Shown here piece by piece: positions 42,321 to 53,399 of a stretch of 64,000 bases of DNA. Below the pieces are notes generated by a model that had not been told where the DNA came from, did not search any database, and was given only the letters and a program-made list of their open reading frames with translations. Position numbers and translations under genes: made by a program. Location of the stretch: positions 2,464 to 66,463 of the forward strand of contig DATMDQ010000151.1 of assembly GCA_035557715.1 (NCBI GenBank), in the 5' to 3' direction. The stretch's first letter is position 1. Each line of letters starts with the position of its first letter. The DNA comes from Gemmatimonadales bacterium (GTDB taxonomy: Bacteria; Gemmatimonadota; Gemmatimonadetes; Gemmatimonadales; GWC2-71-9).

Positions 42321-42510
42321 CGCTATTCGTGGCTTTCGTGTCCACAACAGCATGCACCGCTCCTGATGGGATAACCCTGCTGCTTGCCCGCCGCTTCGAC
42401 CTGCTCGGCCACATCGGTCTGCGCGAAAGGCCCCGCCACACCAGAAGTCTGCCAGGATGACACAGATAGCAGGCACCGCGATTGCCCGCTGTCCAGCCCA
42501 GATCAATGGG

Positions 42511-42538
42511 TTGACATGAGGGGCGCAGCCCTTATCTT
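42511..42538 (+). promoter_or_regulatory. sigma70-type promoter of groES-groEL
   Basis: TTGACA (42511-16), 16-nt spacer, TATCTT (42533-38). Confidence 0.7.
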
Positions 42539-42546
42539 TGCCTCTC

Positions 42547-42573
42547 TTAGCACTCTCGTGCGCTGAGTGCCAA
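42547..42573. promoter_or_regulatory. CIRCE element (HrcA operator)
   Basis: TTAGCACTC-N9-GAGTGCCAA, one mismatch to the TTAGCACTC-N9-GAGTGCTAA consensus, just downstream of the promoter. Confidence 0.92.
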
Positions 42574-42633
42574 CCCAGTGAAGTTCAAGAACTTAGAATT
42601 GTCAACCAACTCACGTAGTGGGAGGTCGCACAG

Positions 42634-44645
<2,012 letters not shown>

Positions 44646-44664
44646 GATCTGCTCTTTACTTGAG

Positions 44665-44699
44665 AAGCGCCCCGGGATCTCCCGGGGCGCTTTTCTTTT
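44665..44699 (+). terminator. Rho-independent terminator after groEL
   Basis: 12-bp stem AAGCGCCCCGGG-ATCT-CCCGGGGCGCTT followed by TTCTTTT. Confidence 0.9.
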
Positions 44700-44859
44700 C
44701 CACCGACTCGCGTATTTCACGCCGTCGGGTGGATCGCGGGACTGCAGAAGGCCGCACTGGTCTGCGGGCCCAATCACTTACACTGCGGCTCCACATGGTA
44801 CGACAAATGCCGCGCAAGCCGTATCTGCACTGATTCGTCCACACTACGCATGGAGCTGC

Positions 44860-45369
44860 ATGCCCAAACCACCGCCTGGACGCGAGCCGGATCCGATGGC
44901 CCATGTGGTCGACCGACTGCTGGCTCAGCTGCCCGGCCTCCAAGGCACCCAGCCAGCACCCCCGGTTTTTCGCTCCTCGATCGGAGAAATTCGCGTGGCC
45001 AGTGGGCGCTATGTCGAGCCACCCACCCTGATCGGCCTCTGGGGCCGAGTAGCCCTGGGCCTGATGCTGGGCGTCATGATGACCGTCTGGCCTTACTTCC
45101 GGGAATGCGGCCTCCCACTATTTGGATATCTGGGGGCGCTCGCTGCGGTGTTGGTGGCTGGGGGATGGATCGCGGTAACGGCTTGGCAGCTTCGGAACGG
45201 CATCGCCCATATCCTGGCGCTGGTTCTCCTGTTCTGGGGCCTGGTCCTCACTGCGGACGAGCTGCTTTCCCGGACAAGCTACGCTGCGGTCCCAGCGACC
45301 TGGATGTGCGGTGTTCCGGATGGCGGTCCCGGCTGGATGCGCTGGTTCGCCCCGCCAGGTGTGGAGTAA
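44860..45369 (+). CDS. Hypothetical membrane protein
   Basis: GGAG SD; VDRLLAQL N-terminal motif, three TMs, two Cys. Confidence 0.6.
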   Translation: MPKPPPGREPDPMAHVVDRLLAQLPGLQGTQPAPPVFRSSIGEIRVASGRYVEPPTLIGLWGRVALGLMLGVMMTVWPYFRECGLPLFGYLGALAAVLVAGGWIAVTAWQLRNGIAHILALVLLFWGLVLTADELLSRTSYAAVPATWMCGVPDGGPGWMRWFAPPGVE

Positions 45370-45393
45370 TCCTCGTACCTCTGCCTTCCAACT

Positions 45394-48300
45394 TCAATCG
45401 GTTCGCATCAGCGCCTGAAACGGCACGAACTCCCGCAGGCTTTCGAAGGCAGGGTCGGAGTGGACATCCTCAGCATCACGGCCATCAAAGGCCAGAGGCC
45501 GACCCTGAATCCACGCCTCCTGGAGCAGCTCCACCGCATCCGCGCGATCGCCGAGGGCCGCGCTGATGCGGGCTCGGGCATACGTCTGGCTTCCAAAGAG
45601 ATGCGGGATGGATAGCCCAGCGAGTTCTCCGCTCAGGCGCAGTGCCTCAGTCCGATCACCCATCCGCGCGGCCGTGGCGCCGAGCCGTCCCAGAAGCATG
45701 GGGTTCCGGGGATGCTGGGCCAGCCCAGCCGCGTAGTGCTGCCGGGCATTTTCCCATTGGCGGGCTGCATACTGTATGTCACCCTCCATGACCCTGCCCG
45801 CGAGCGTGGTGTCTACACTCGCGGGGGTCTCCTCCACCAGTGTCTCGAGCCAGCGCGCGGCGGCAGCGTCGTGCTCGTGCACCCGCAGCTCGCGCCACAC
45901 CCAGAGCGCAGCTTGGCGAGGCCCCGAAACGTACGGATCGTCGCGGGTCGGTCGGGGAAGCTCACGACGTGCCCCCTTTACGTCGCCCGCGGCTGCCAAG
46001 GCCAGCAGCAGATTCACGTGGGGCCAGAATCGGTCGGGGAAACGTCGCACCGCCCGGCGCGCGCTTTCCAGCTCCGCCGCGCGCTCTCCGAGACGGTGCA
46101 ACGCCGACGTGTGGCTCTCCCAATAGAAGGGAGCGACCAGCAGAAGCCCCCGGTCCGGATCGACCTTCGAGAGAATCGTCAGGCTCTCGCGGGGCCGATT
46201 GATCATCAGCGCGGTGCTCGCGGCCAGGGTGTAGCCTTCCACGGATGCCGGGGTCAGATCCACGAGCTCGCGGGCGGCTCGGAGTCGCCCCCAGAGGTCG
46301 CCTCGGAGGTCCGCTCGCAGTCCGTTCAGCACGGCACGCTCGGCTGGGGTGAGGGTGCGCTGGTGCCCCGTGAGGCGTCGAACGAGGGTGTCGACGGCCG
46401 GCCAGTGGTCCAGCCGAGTCTCGACGTAGGCCCGCATGAGCAGCGGGGCCATGTAGCTCGTATCCAGGCTCGACGCATGGTCGAGTCGCTCGAAGGTGTC
46501 CTTGTAATCGCCGCGAAAGAAGCTTTCCCAGGCCCGGCTCACTTCGTTGTATGCGTCGTAGGAGGGTGGGATGCCGAGACCAGCCGAAAATCCGCGGCTG
46601 GTCGTGTCGACCGCGGACGCCACCGCCGCTACGACGCGCTCACCCAAACTGGTTACCAGGCGCGAGGGAGTGTTTGCGGGACCGTTCACCGGTCCCACGG
46701 TCCGCACGACCTTCCCGGTTGCCACATCGATGATCTGAATCAGGACCCGGAGAGTGTCACCTTCGCGGAAGAGGTCCCCGGAGAGCACTGTCCCGGATCC
46801 GGTTTCCTCCGCCACCGCGATCGCGCGGTTCCCATCGCGGAACAGGGCAGGGATGTGCTCGACGATACGGCTGGCGACCGACGCCGTACGGGGATCGACG
46901 ACCTCGAACTGCGTGGTCCGCATGAGGCCCTGCGCGATCCAGTCCGCCGCGAGGGCTCCTATGCCCGTTAGCGTGCTATCTCCGGTATGGTTGGTGAGCG
47001 GAGCCACCACCACCCGGCGGGAGGAGAGCGTCGGCGCACTTCGGGTCAGCAGGGTTCGCAGGTTGGCCCGCTGGGAGGCGGGCATCAGGAAGAACCCCGC
47101 GGCACCGGCGACCATCACGCTACCAATCCCAACCATTGCCGCCCGCGAGCGCCACCGCCGGGACCGCGACCCCGCTCTGGCGCGGTGATACGCAAGGGAG
47201 GACCGACTCGCCTCTCCTTCGCCCGACCTTGGTTCCCAGCTCCTGACCGCTGCCAGATGGAGCGCCTCGCGTCGCGACGCCGCCAGCAGGTCGTAGGCAA
47301 CCCGGCAGATGATCTCGTGGGTGAACTCGTAGACGCCAGGTGTTCCCGGCTGTTCCCGCACCATCCGGCGGGCGAGGAGCTCCTCCACTCCCACGGCGCA
47401 GGCGGTGGCACCGAGCCCCGAGACCGCAGGGAGCATCCTGCTGTCGAAGGTCCGGCCGAGCACTGCGGCCGCGTCTACCACGGCACGAACCTCGGGCGTC
47501 ATGCGATCGAGCCGGCGGCGTACTGCTTCGCGGATGGTGGCCGGGAGCGGGATCGGCTTTCCGTTGTCGCCGGGCTCCAGCCGCCACGCCCCCGCATCAG
47601 TAGGGAGCAGCTGCCCCTCATCCACCAGCGCGGCGGTGAGCTCGATGGTGTAGAACGGGTTGCCCGCGCCTTCGCCGTACAGACGCTCTGCCAGGGCATG
47701 CCGGGCCGGCGGAGCCAGCTCCAGCATCGACCCGAGGAGCAGCTCGATGTCCCGGAGGCCCAGCGGCTGCAGCTTGAGTCGGCGGATCCCGGCGCGGGAG
47801 GAGAGCTCCACATACGCGGCGGTACGCTCCTCGCCGGTGCGAGCGGTCACCAGCAAGAGGAGTGGCGCCGCCACCCGACCGCTCACCGCCATCAGGACCT
47901 GCTGGGTGGCCGGGTGCGCTAACGGTAGATCGTCAATGTAGAGAACAACCGGGCGCTCGGCGGCGACGGCACTGAGAACGTCGACCAGGGCGTCCTCCAA
48001 CCCGCGCCCGTCGTCGGAGGGTCTCGGAAGCGAGGGAAAGCGGTCGCGCAGGGCGGGAGCCAGCCGCGCGAGCTCTCCCAGGGTGGCGGCCGACGCCCCG
48101 GAGGCGCCCGGAGCGTTCACCAGTCCGATCACCAGCTCCGCCAGCGCATCGAGTGACGTGTGGGGTGTTGTTTCGTAGCCCCGAGCTCGCAGCACCGTGG
48201 GGCGGTTGCCTTCTGCCGCAACTCGGCGCAGGAACTCCTCGCACAGCCTGCTCTTGCCGATGCCGGCGTCGCCCTCCACCAGGATGGCGGCAGGGGTACC

Positions 48301-49137
48301 TGCACGAACCGCCCGCCACACCGAGCTCAGTTCGGTCAGCGCTTGTCCCCGGCCGGTGAGGTCGGGAGTAAAGAGCGCGGCCGACCCGGGTGTGTGATGT
48401 AATTGTCCGCCTGCCGCGTCGCGCTCGAGCACGGCCCCCAACTGCAGGAAGCCGGGCGTGGGCATCGAGTCGATGGCCCGAAGCTGAGCGCGAAATGCGT
48501 TGAATCGAGCAAGCGCCTCCGCCGTCCGGCCCTCGAGCTGGGCAAGCTCGATGAGGTGACGCTGGCCTTCCTCCTCCAGCGGGAGCAGATCCACCCATCG
48601 CTGCGCCCACAACGAACCCTCCTGCCAGTTGCTGTTGCCCCGCGCCTCCTTCACCAGCTCCCGAAGGGCAAGCCGGAGGGGCCCGCGCAACGTCTCGCGT
48701 TCGGTCTCCAGCCAGAGGCGGAAGTCCTCCCCCCCCAGATTGTCCGCGCGGGAGAGGAACTCACCATGCCACGCCGCCACCGCTTCCCGCCAGCGGCCAG
48801 CGCGGACATGGCCTTCGAAGCAGGTGGCATCGAGGACGAGGGTCTCGGCAGCAAGGGAAACCTGGTCATGCTCGGTCTGGAGCCCATGACCAACCAGTCG
48901 CTTCAGCTCGAGGAGCACTTGTCGGAGGGACTGTCGCGCTTTGGCGGGATCCCGCTCGCGCCAGAAGAGGTCGGCCAGCTCCCCGCGGTCGACGGGTCTG
49001 GGCGACCGGCGCGCCAGGTAGGCGAGCAACGCCAACCCGATGCGTGGGCTGGATAGTCCGGCGGCGCCGCCCTCGAACTGGAGCTCACCCAGGGTACGCA
49101 GGACCGGAATGGCGGAGGTCACAATCGCCTGTGGCAT
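45394..49137 (-). CDS. Membrane-spanning SARP-type regulator: wHTH-BTAD, AAA/STAND NTPase, TM, TolB-N-like domain, TPRs
   Basis: LRTLGEL, LLAYLA, ARQSLRQVLLELK, PLEEEG (BTAD); Walker A GDAGIGKS, Walker B LYIDDL, GNPFY, FTHEI; TM AAMVGIGSVMVAGAAGFFL; VVVAPLTNHTGD...LAADWIAQGL; TPR-like helices. ATG 49137 preferred over 49266. Confidence 0.82.
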   Translation of the reverse strand: MPQAIVTSAIPVLRTLGELQFEGGAAGLSSPRIGLALLAYLARRSPRPVDRGELADLFWRERDPAKARQSLRQVLLELKRLVGHGLQTEHDQVSLAAETLVLDATCFEGHVRAGRWREAVAAWHGEFLSRADNLGGEDFRLWLETERETLRGPLRLALRELVKEARGNSNWQEGSLWAQRWVDLLPLEEEGQRHLIELAQLEGRTAEALARFNAFRAQLRAIDSMPTPGFLQLGAVLERDAAGGQLHHTPGSAALFTPDLTGRGQALTELSSVWRAVRAGTPAAILVEGDAGIGKSRLCEEFLRRVAAEGNRPTVLRARGYETTPHTSLDALAELVIGLVNAPGASGASAATLGELARLAPALRDRFPSLPRPSDDGRGLEDALVDVLSAVAAERPVVLYIDDLPLAHPATQQVLMAVSGRVAAPLLLLVTARTGEERTAAYVELSSRAGIRRLKLQPLGLRDIELLLGSMLELAPPARHALAERLYGEGAGNPFYTIELTAALVDEGQLLPTDAGAWRLEPGDNGKPIPLPATIREAVRRRLDRMTPEVRAVVDAAAVLGRTFDSRMLPAVSGLGATACAVGVEELLARRMVREQPGTPGVYEFTHEIICRVAYDLLAASRREALHLAAVRSWEPRSGEGEASRSSLAYHRARAGSRSRRWRSRAAMVGIGSVMVAGAAGFFLMPASQRANLRTLLTRSAPTLSSRRVVVAPLTNHTGDSTLTGIGALAADWIAQGLMRTTQFEVVDPRTASVASRIVEHIPALFRDGNRAIAVAEETGSGTVLSGDLFREGDTLRVLIQIIDVATGKVVRTVGPVNGPANTPSRLVTSLGERVVAAVASAVDTTSRGFSAGLGIPPSYDAYNEVSRAWESFFRGDYKDTFERLDHASSLDTSYMAPLLMRAYVETRLDHWPAVDTLVRRLTGHQRTLTPAERAVLNGLRADLRGDLWGRLRAARELVDLTPASVEGYTLAASTALMINRPRESLTILSKVDPDRGLLLVAPFYWESHTSALHRLGERAAELESARRAVRRFPDRFWPHVNLLLALAAAGDVKGARRELPRPTRDDPYVSGPRQAALWVWRELRVHEHDAAAARWLETLVEETPASVDTTLAGRVMEGDIQYAARQWENARQHYAAGLAQHPRNPMLLGRLGATAARMGDRTEALRLSGELAGLSIPHLFGSQTYARARISAALGDRADAVELLQEAWIQGRPLAFDGRDAEDVHSDPAFESLREFVPFQALMRTD

Positions 49138-49250
49138 AGGAACTTGACGGACCGGTTGACGGCGGGTTGCGCTCGCGGTGCTAAGATCGACCCAGTTCAT
49201 GAACCAATCGATCCAATCCGGCGCTCCTGCACCCCAACCGAGTATCAGCG

Positions 49251-49529
49251 ATGTCGCTGCATCCACCCGATGAGGATCACGGGACGACGTCCGAACGCTT
49301 CGAGTACTTCATGATCCGGGTGACGCGGTCCGACCAGGACCCTGACCGGGTCTCGGGCCTGGTGGAACGGCTCGGGTCAGGGGAGAAGCGCAGTTTTCAA
49401 ACCGGCGATCAGCTGCTTCGGATGGTCGGTGGGTGGTTCGAGTCCAGCCTCAACTTGCAGTCCCCGACTGGGCACCGCAATCCCGGCGGTGTCGGGTCAA
49501 CCAATTCCATGCCGGGCGATGGTGCCTAG
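49251..49529 (+). CDS. Small hypothetical protein, first gene of the accessory run
   Basis: 92-aa ORF with YFMIRV...GLVERLGSGEKRSF motif; its stop overlaps the AGGAGG SD of the next gene. Confidence 0.6.
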   Translation: MSLHPPDEDHGTTSERFEYFMIRVTRSDQDPDRVSGLVERLGSGEKRSFQTGDQLLRMVGGWFESSLNLQSPTGHRNPGGVGSTNSMPGDGA

Positions 49530-49537
49530 GAGGAACA

Positions 49538-50503
49538 ATGCGCTCCCTTTTCGCCTTCCTGTTCGCTGTGACGTTTCTGGCTCCCCGGAATAGCGCCGCA
49601 CAATCCGGCAGCGCCGTCGCCCCCGCCGGGGCTGACACGATAGCGGCCGCCGCGGCAGCCGTCATCAAGAAGAAGAAGGGTGGCATGTTCGGCAAGTTCA
49701 AAGGCCTGGCTAAGAACAAGGTCGTCAAGACTGTCGCCAAGACCGCGCTGTGCACGGTGGTGCCCGGGGGCCAGGTCGTCGCCGGCGCGCTCGAAGCCGC
49801 GGAGACGAAGAACGTGGCTGGGGCGGCTGGGGCGGCCGGTGCGGCCCTGAGCGGAGGCGGGGGCGGGGGCTGCATGCCGGGGATGCCCGGGATGGCCGCG
49901 CCCACCAGCCCTGCGGCAGGCGGGGTCGGTGCGGCCGGCGTCGGAGCACTGGGCGCCGCTGCCTCTGCTGCGGCCCTGCCGGGACAGCCTTCCACCGGCA
50001 TGCCGGGCATGGCGATGTCACCCGAGCAATTGAAGCAGATGCAGGAGCAGTACGGGAAAATGGGGATGGATACCGCCCAGCTGCGGGCCATGCAGCAGAT
50101 GATGGCGGGCCTGCCGGGCGCCTCTCAGGGTGAGGCGGCGGCCCCCTCGGGTCCAGCCGCAGTGGCCGGCGGTCCTGCGCTCACCCGGGAGAAGGGCAAG
50201 ATGCTGCTGCGGCGGCTGCCCTGGGTACCCGGGAGTGACGCGGTGCAGCAAGGTACCGAGCCGATGTTCGGGATGGTCATGCAGGAGGTCGCGGCTGCCA
50301 TCAAGGCCGCACCCAAGCGCTACAAGATTGAGGCGCGGGTAGAAGAGCAGGGTGGCAAGGCTCAGAACCGGCTCCTGTCCCAGAAGCGCGGCGCCGCGGT
50401 CCTGGCGGCCCTGACTGCCCGGGGCGTGCCGGCGGACGCGTTGACCGTGTCCGAAGGGAAGGCCGATAAGGATCCCCGGATCATCGTTTCGGAAGGCAAA
50501 TAA
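49538..50503 (+). CDS. Exported protein with Gly/Ala/Met-rich middle and C-terminal OmpA-like domain
   Basis: AGGAGG SD; signal ...SAA-Q; YKIEARVE...NRLLSQKRGAAV...GVPAD resembles OmpA_C. Confidence 0.72.
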   Translation: MRSLFAFLFAVTFLAPRNSAAQSGSAVAPAGADTIAAAAAAVIKKKKGGMFGKFKGLAKNKVVKTVAKTALCTVVPGGQVVAGALEAAETKNVAGAAGAAGAALSGGGGGGCMPGMPGMAAPTSPAAGGVGAAGVGALGAAASAAALPGQPSTGMPGMAMSPEQLKQMQEQYGKMGMDTAQLRAMQQMMAGLPGASQGEAAAPSGPAAVAGGPALTREKGKMLLRRLPWVPGSDAVQQGTEPMFGMVMQEVAAAIKAAPKRYKIEARVEEQGGKAQNRLLSQKRGAAVLAALTARGVPADALTVSEGKADKDPRIIVSEGK

Positions 50504-50531
50504 GCCACTCGAGTAGCGGAGGAGGCGCCGT

Positions 50532-51827
50532 ATGCAGGGACCGATAGTCAACCTCGTTACCGCGGCCGGGCTGATGACATCGCTGGGCGTGTCCGCGGTC
50601 GGGGCACAACAGCAGGTGAAGGTCACCGTCGCCGCAGTTCCCAATCCGATCGCGGCGGGAAGCTGCACCCGAATCTGGGCCGACGTGCGGGACGAGCTCA
50701 ACCGGCAGCTCACCCTGGAGAACGGCGCGCCGCTCCAATGGGGCTCGTACGACTACAGCACCACAAATGGAACCGACTTCGAGTGGCGGAGCACCGGCTC
50801 GGAAGAGTTTGAGCTCTGCGCTAAGCCCGGCGTCGGAGCGGTGAGCACGCAAGTGACTGCCACCATCAAGGGCATGCCTTACAGTGGAAGTGCGCTGGTC
50901 TCGGTCGCGGCGCAGCCTTCCGCGCCGACCGCGAACACCGGCGGGGTTGCGCCCGGCGGGGTCGCCTCGGCCACACCGCCAGCAGCCGCGCCTCAGGCAC
51001 CCACACCGGCAACGGTCCCAGCTCAGCCCTATACGCCGGGTGCAGCGCCCGCCCCGCCGGCGCAGGCCTACTCACCTCCGTCTCAGGCTTACTCACCTCC
51101 GGCCCAGCCCTACGCACCGACCGCGGCCCCTGCCAGTGCTTCACCGCCCGCCGTCGCTGCTCAGCCTCAGGCCCCGGCAGCCCAGCCGGTCCTGGCACAA
51201 CCGCTGAAGAGCAGTGGTGGGTTCTTCAAGAAGATGGGGAGTCACTTCAAGCAGAAAGCGGCCGAGGTGAAGGCCGAGACGGCGCAGAACCTCACGGCAG
51301 CCGCCACCCAGGTCGTGGATACCACGTTTCAGACCGGCACCAGGCTGGTCGCCTCCACGACCGCAGAGGTCACCAACACTGCCCGCTCGGGAATTGGTGG
51401 CGTTGGTCAGCGGCTGATGCTGGCGCCCCAGCGGGGCGGAGGGAGCGCGGACAACCTCGCGCTGGCCATCGCCTCGGGACGGGCGGTGCTGCTGGAGCTG
51501 CGGTTTACCCCGGGCACCTCGGTGCTTGAGCCATCGGCTCGGGACCTGGTGCAGCGGCTGGGGGGTGAACTGAAAAAGGCCATGGCAGAGATGCCTGCGG
51601 CCAGGTTCGAAATAAATGCGCACGTAGAATCGCCCACCGACCAGGTGCTGTCCGAGAATAGAGCAGCCACGATCAAGGCGCTGCTGGGTAACCAGGCCGA
51701 CGCGCGAAGGCTGACAGCGCTGGGGTATGGCGCCTCTCAGCCGCTCAATGGCGTCCCCACGGCTCGAATCGAGATTGTGCGGTGCAACGATGGCCAAACC
51801 AGGTGCTTAATGGAGGTAGCGCCATGA
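50532..51827 (+). CDS. Exported protein: Ig-like N-domain, Pro/Ala linker, C-terminal OmpA-like domain
   Basis: GGAGGAGG SD; signal ...VGA-Q; QxYxP repeats; LRFTPGTSVL, FEINAH, LSENRA, LTALGYGASQP. Confidence 0.75.
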   Translation: MQGPIVNLVTAAGLMTSLGVSAVGAQQQVKVTVAAVPNPIAAGSCTRIWADVRDELNRQLTLENGAPLQWGSYDYSTTNGTDFEWRSTGSEEFELCAKPGVGAVSTQVTATIKGMPYSGSALVSVAAQPSAPTANTGGVAPGGVASATPPAAAPQAPTPATVPAQPYTPGAAPAPPAQAYSPPSQAYSPPAQPYAPTAAPASASPPAVAAQPQAPAAQPVLAQPLKSSGGFFKKMGSHFKQKAAEVKAETAQNLTAAATQVVDTTFQTGTRLVASTTAEVTNTARSGIGGVGQRLMLAPQRGGGSADNLALAIASGRAVLLELRFTPGTSVLEPSARDLVQRLGGELKKAMAEMPAARFEINAHVESPTDQVLSENRAATIKALLGNQADARRLTALGYGASQPLNGVPTARIEIVRCNDGQTRCLMEVAP

Positions 51828-53299
51828 GAACGACGATTTCCCGGATGGTGCTCACTCTCAGTGCGCTTCTCGGATTTGCCATCGGGCCGCTCGGAGCCCA
51901 ACAGGCCCCCAAGGATCTCCAGGCCACGCCAGTGTCACCGACCAAGGTGAACCTGAGCTGGACTCGTGGGGTAAACGCGGCTGGTCATAAGATCCTTCGG
52001 GGGGTGGGTAGTGCCCATCCTACCGAGATCGGGTACGTGCAGAGTCCAGGCGCCGCCTATACCGACGCCGCGGCTCCCGCAGGTTCTCGGCTCCTGTACC
52101 AGGTCATGGCCCAGTACCCGAGCAGCCCGAACAAGTATTCGTCCAAGGTCAGCGTCACCACGCCAAGTGCTGGGAGCACGGCGTCGTCCACTCCGCCGCC
52201 CTCCACCACACCCGCGCCTTCGTCTGCGGCCGCGGTTCCCAGCAGCCCGGTAGTTGCGGCCGTGCCCTTGGCCGCGCGGAATACGGCGGTGCTCCAGTAC
52301 GGCGGTACTCCGGTTGCCGCCACCAGCGGCAGGCTCACTCCGGTCGTGGCCGCCGAAGCCACACCGGCCGCTACTGCGGTACCGGCCACGCCGGCCGCCC
52401 CGATGCCGGTCAGTGGACGCTACCGGGTCGTGGCCAACGGGTTCAGCGTGATCCATGAATCGTATGACGACATGCTTTCGCGGGACGGAAAGTACGATGA
52501 GGTATATGGCGGGTTCACCATGCTGCACTACGACCGGAAGACGGGCGATGTGCTGGACCGGGACCTGCGGCGCACCAAGGTCCTCGGAGACATCCACAAC
52601 TTTCCAGACCGGCTGCGCGCGGGGAGCGCGAGTGGAAGCGGTGGCCTGAGGGCGGGCGACAGCTATCCTGATGCCGGCCATGCCAGATACCGGGGTCAAA
52701 ACGGAGCCGAGCCCAACAGCCAGACGTTTCCGTTCAAGGTGTGGGAAGGCTCGCTCACCGACGGAGCCGACGCCGCCGTCATCCTGCCGACCATGTGGGA
52801 GCAGGACAACGACGGATCCACCTACGACGCCTGGCACCAGTCAGAGGTCAGCAGTGCCTCGCAGATCTGGTTTGATCCGGCAGTGCAGCAAGCGCTGAAG
52901 CAAACGGCGCTGGGCGTGATCGCACCTCCGGGCTCGATCACCCCCAACATGACGCCGACATTCGGAGAGCATGCCGTGGGTGCGATCGGCTTCTTCGCCG
53001 CCATCGGGCAGCCGTGGGTAGCGTCGCTGATCATGGGCTCGCGCGACAGGCCCATTGGAATGACGGGGGTGGTGCCCTCGCTTCCTCGGCGCGCCATCGT
53101 GCTGACGCGTGAGATCATTGAAAGCTCGCTCAACGGGTCGAGGATCCTCCCGGACCCCGCCACCCTCGGGCCGGGCAACGCATGGATGCTGGCGTACTTC
53201 GATGTGCCGGTGGGCGTGATACCAGTGCTGCTCAGAGACGGACCGGGGCAGAATCTCCAGGCGAATTATGTGATGTACCTCCAGGTGGAGCGGATGTAG
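51824..53299 (+). CDS. Exported protein: one FN3 domain plus an unassigned C-terminal domain
   Basis: ATGA coupling, GGAGG SD; signal ...LGA-Q; APKDLQA...VNLSW...YTD...YQV FN3 pattern; DDMLSRDGKYDEVY motif. Confidence 0.75.
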   Translation: MRTTISRMVLTLSALLGFAIGPLGAQQAPKDLQATPVSPTKVNLSWTRGVNAAGHKILRGVGSAHPTEIGYVQSPGAAYTDAAAPAGSRLLYQVMAQYPSSPNKYSSKVSVTTPSAGSTASSTPPPSTTPAPSSAAAVPSSPVVAAVPLAARNTAVLQYGGTPVAATSGRLTPVVAAEATPAATAVPATPAAPMPVSGRYRVVANGFSVIHESYDDMLSRDGKYDEVYGGFTMLHYDRKTGDVLDRDLRRTKVLGDIHNFPDRLRAGSASGSGGLRAGDSYPDAGHARYRGQNGAEPNSQTFPFKVWEGSLTDGADAAVILPTMWEQDNDGSTYDAWHQSEVSSASQIWFDPAVQQALKQTALGVIAPPGSITPNMTPTFGEHAVGAIGFFAAIGQPWVASLIMGSRDRPIGMTGVVPSLPRRAIVLTREIIESSLNGSRILPDPATLGPGNAWMLAYFDVPVGVIPVLLRDGPGQNLQANYVMYLQVERM

Positions 53300-53399
53300 T
53301 GACCGTCCGCCTGCCTCGCGCCGCTTAACACGGAACTGAGTTCGAATCACAGCGCTGTACCCAGCATCCGCCTACTGCCAATTCAGGAGGGTACTACCC

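Noticed and set aside
53286-53363. tRNA-like geometry (TTCGAAT loop, 7-nt strand, then CCA) upstream of the first tube gene
   Set aside because: T-stem has a mismatch, anticodon stem is only 3 bp, there is no variable region or D-arm, and it overlaps the upstream CDS. Likely chance; tRNAscan-SE/ARAGORN would settle it.
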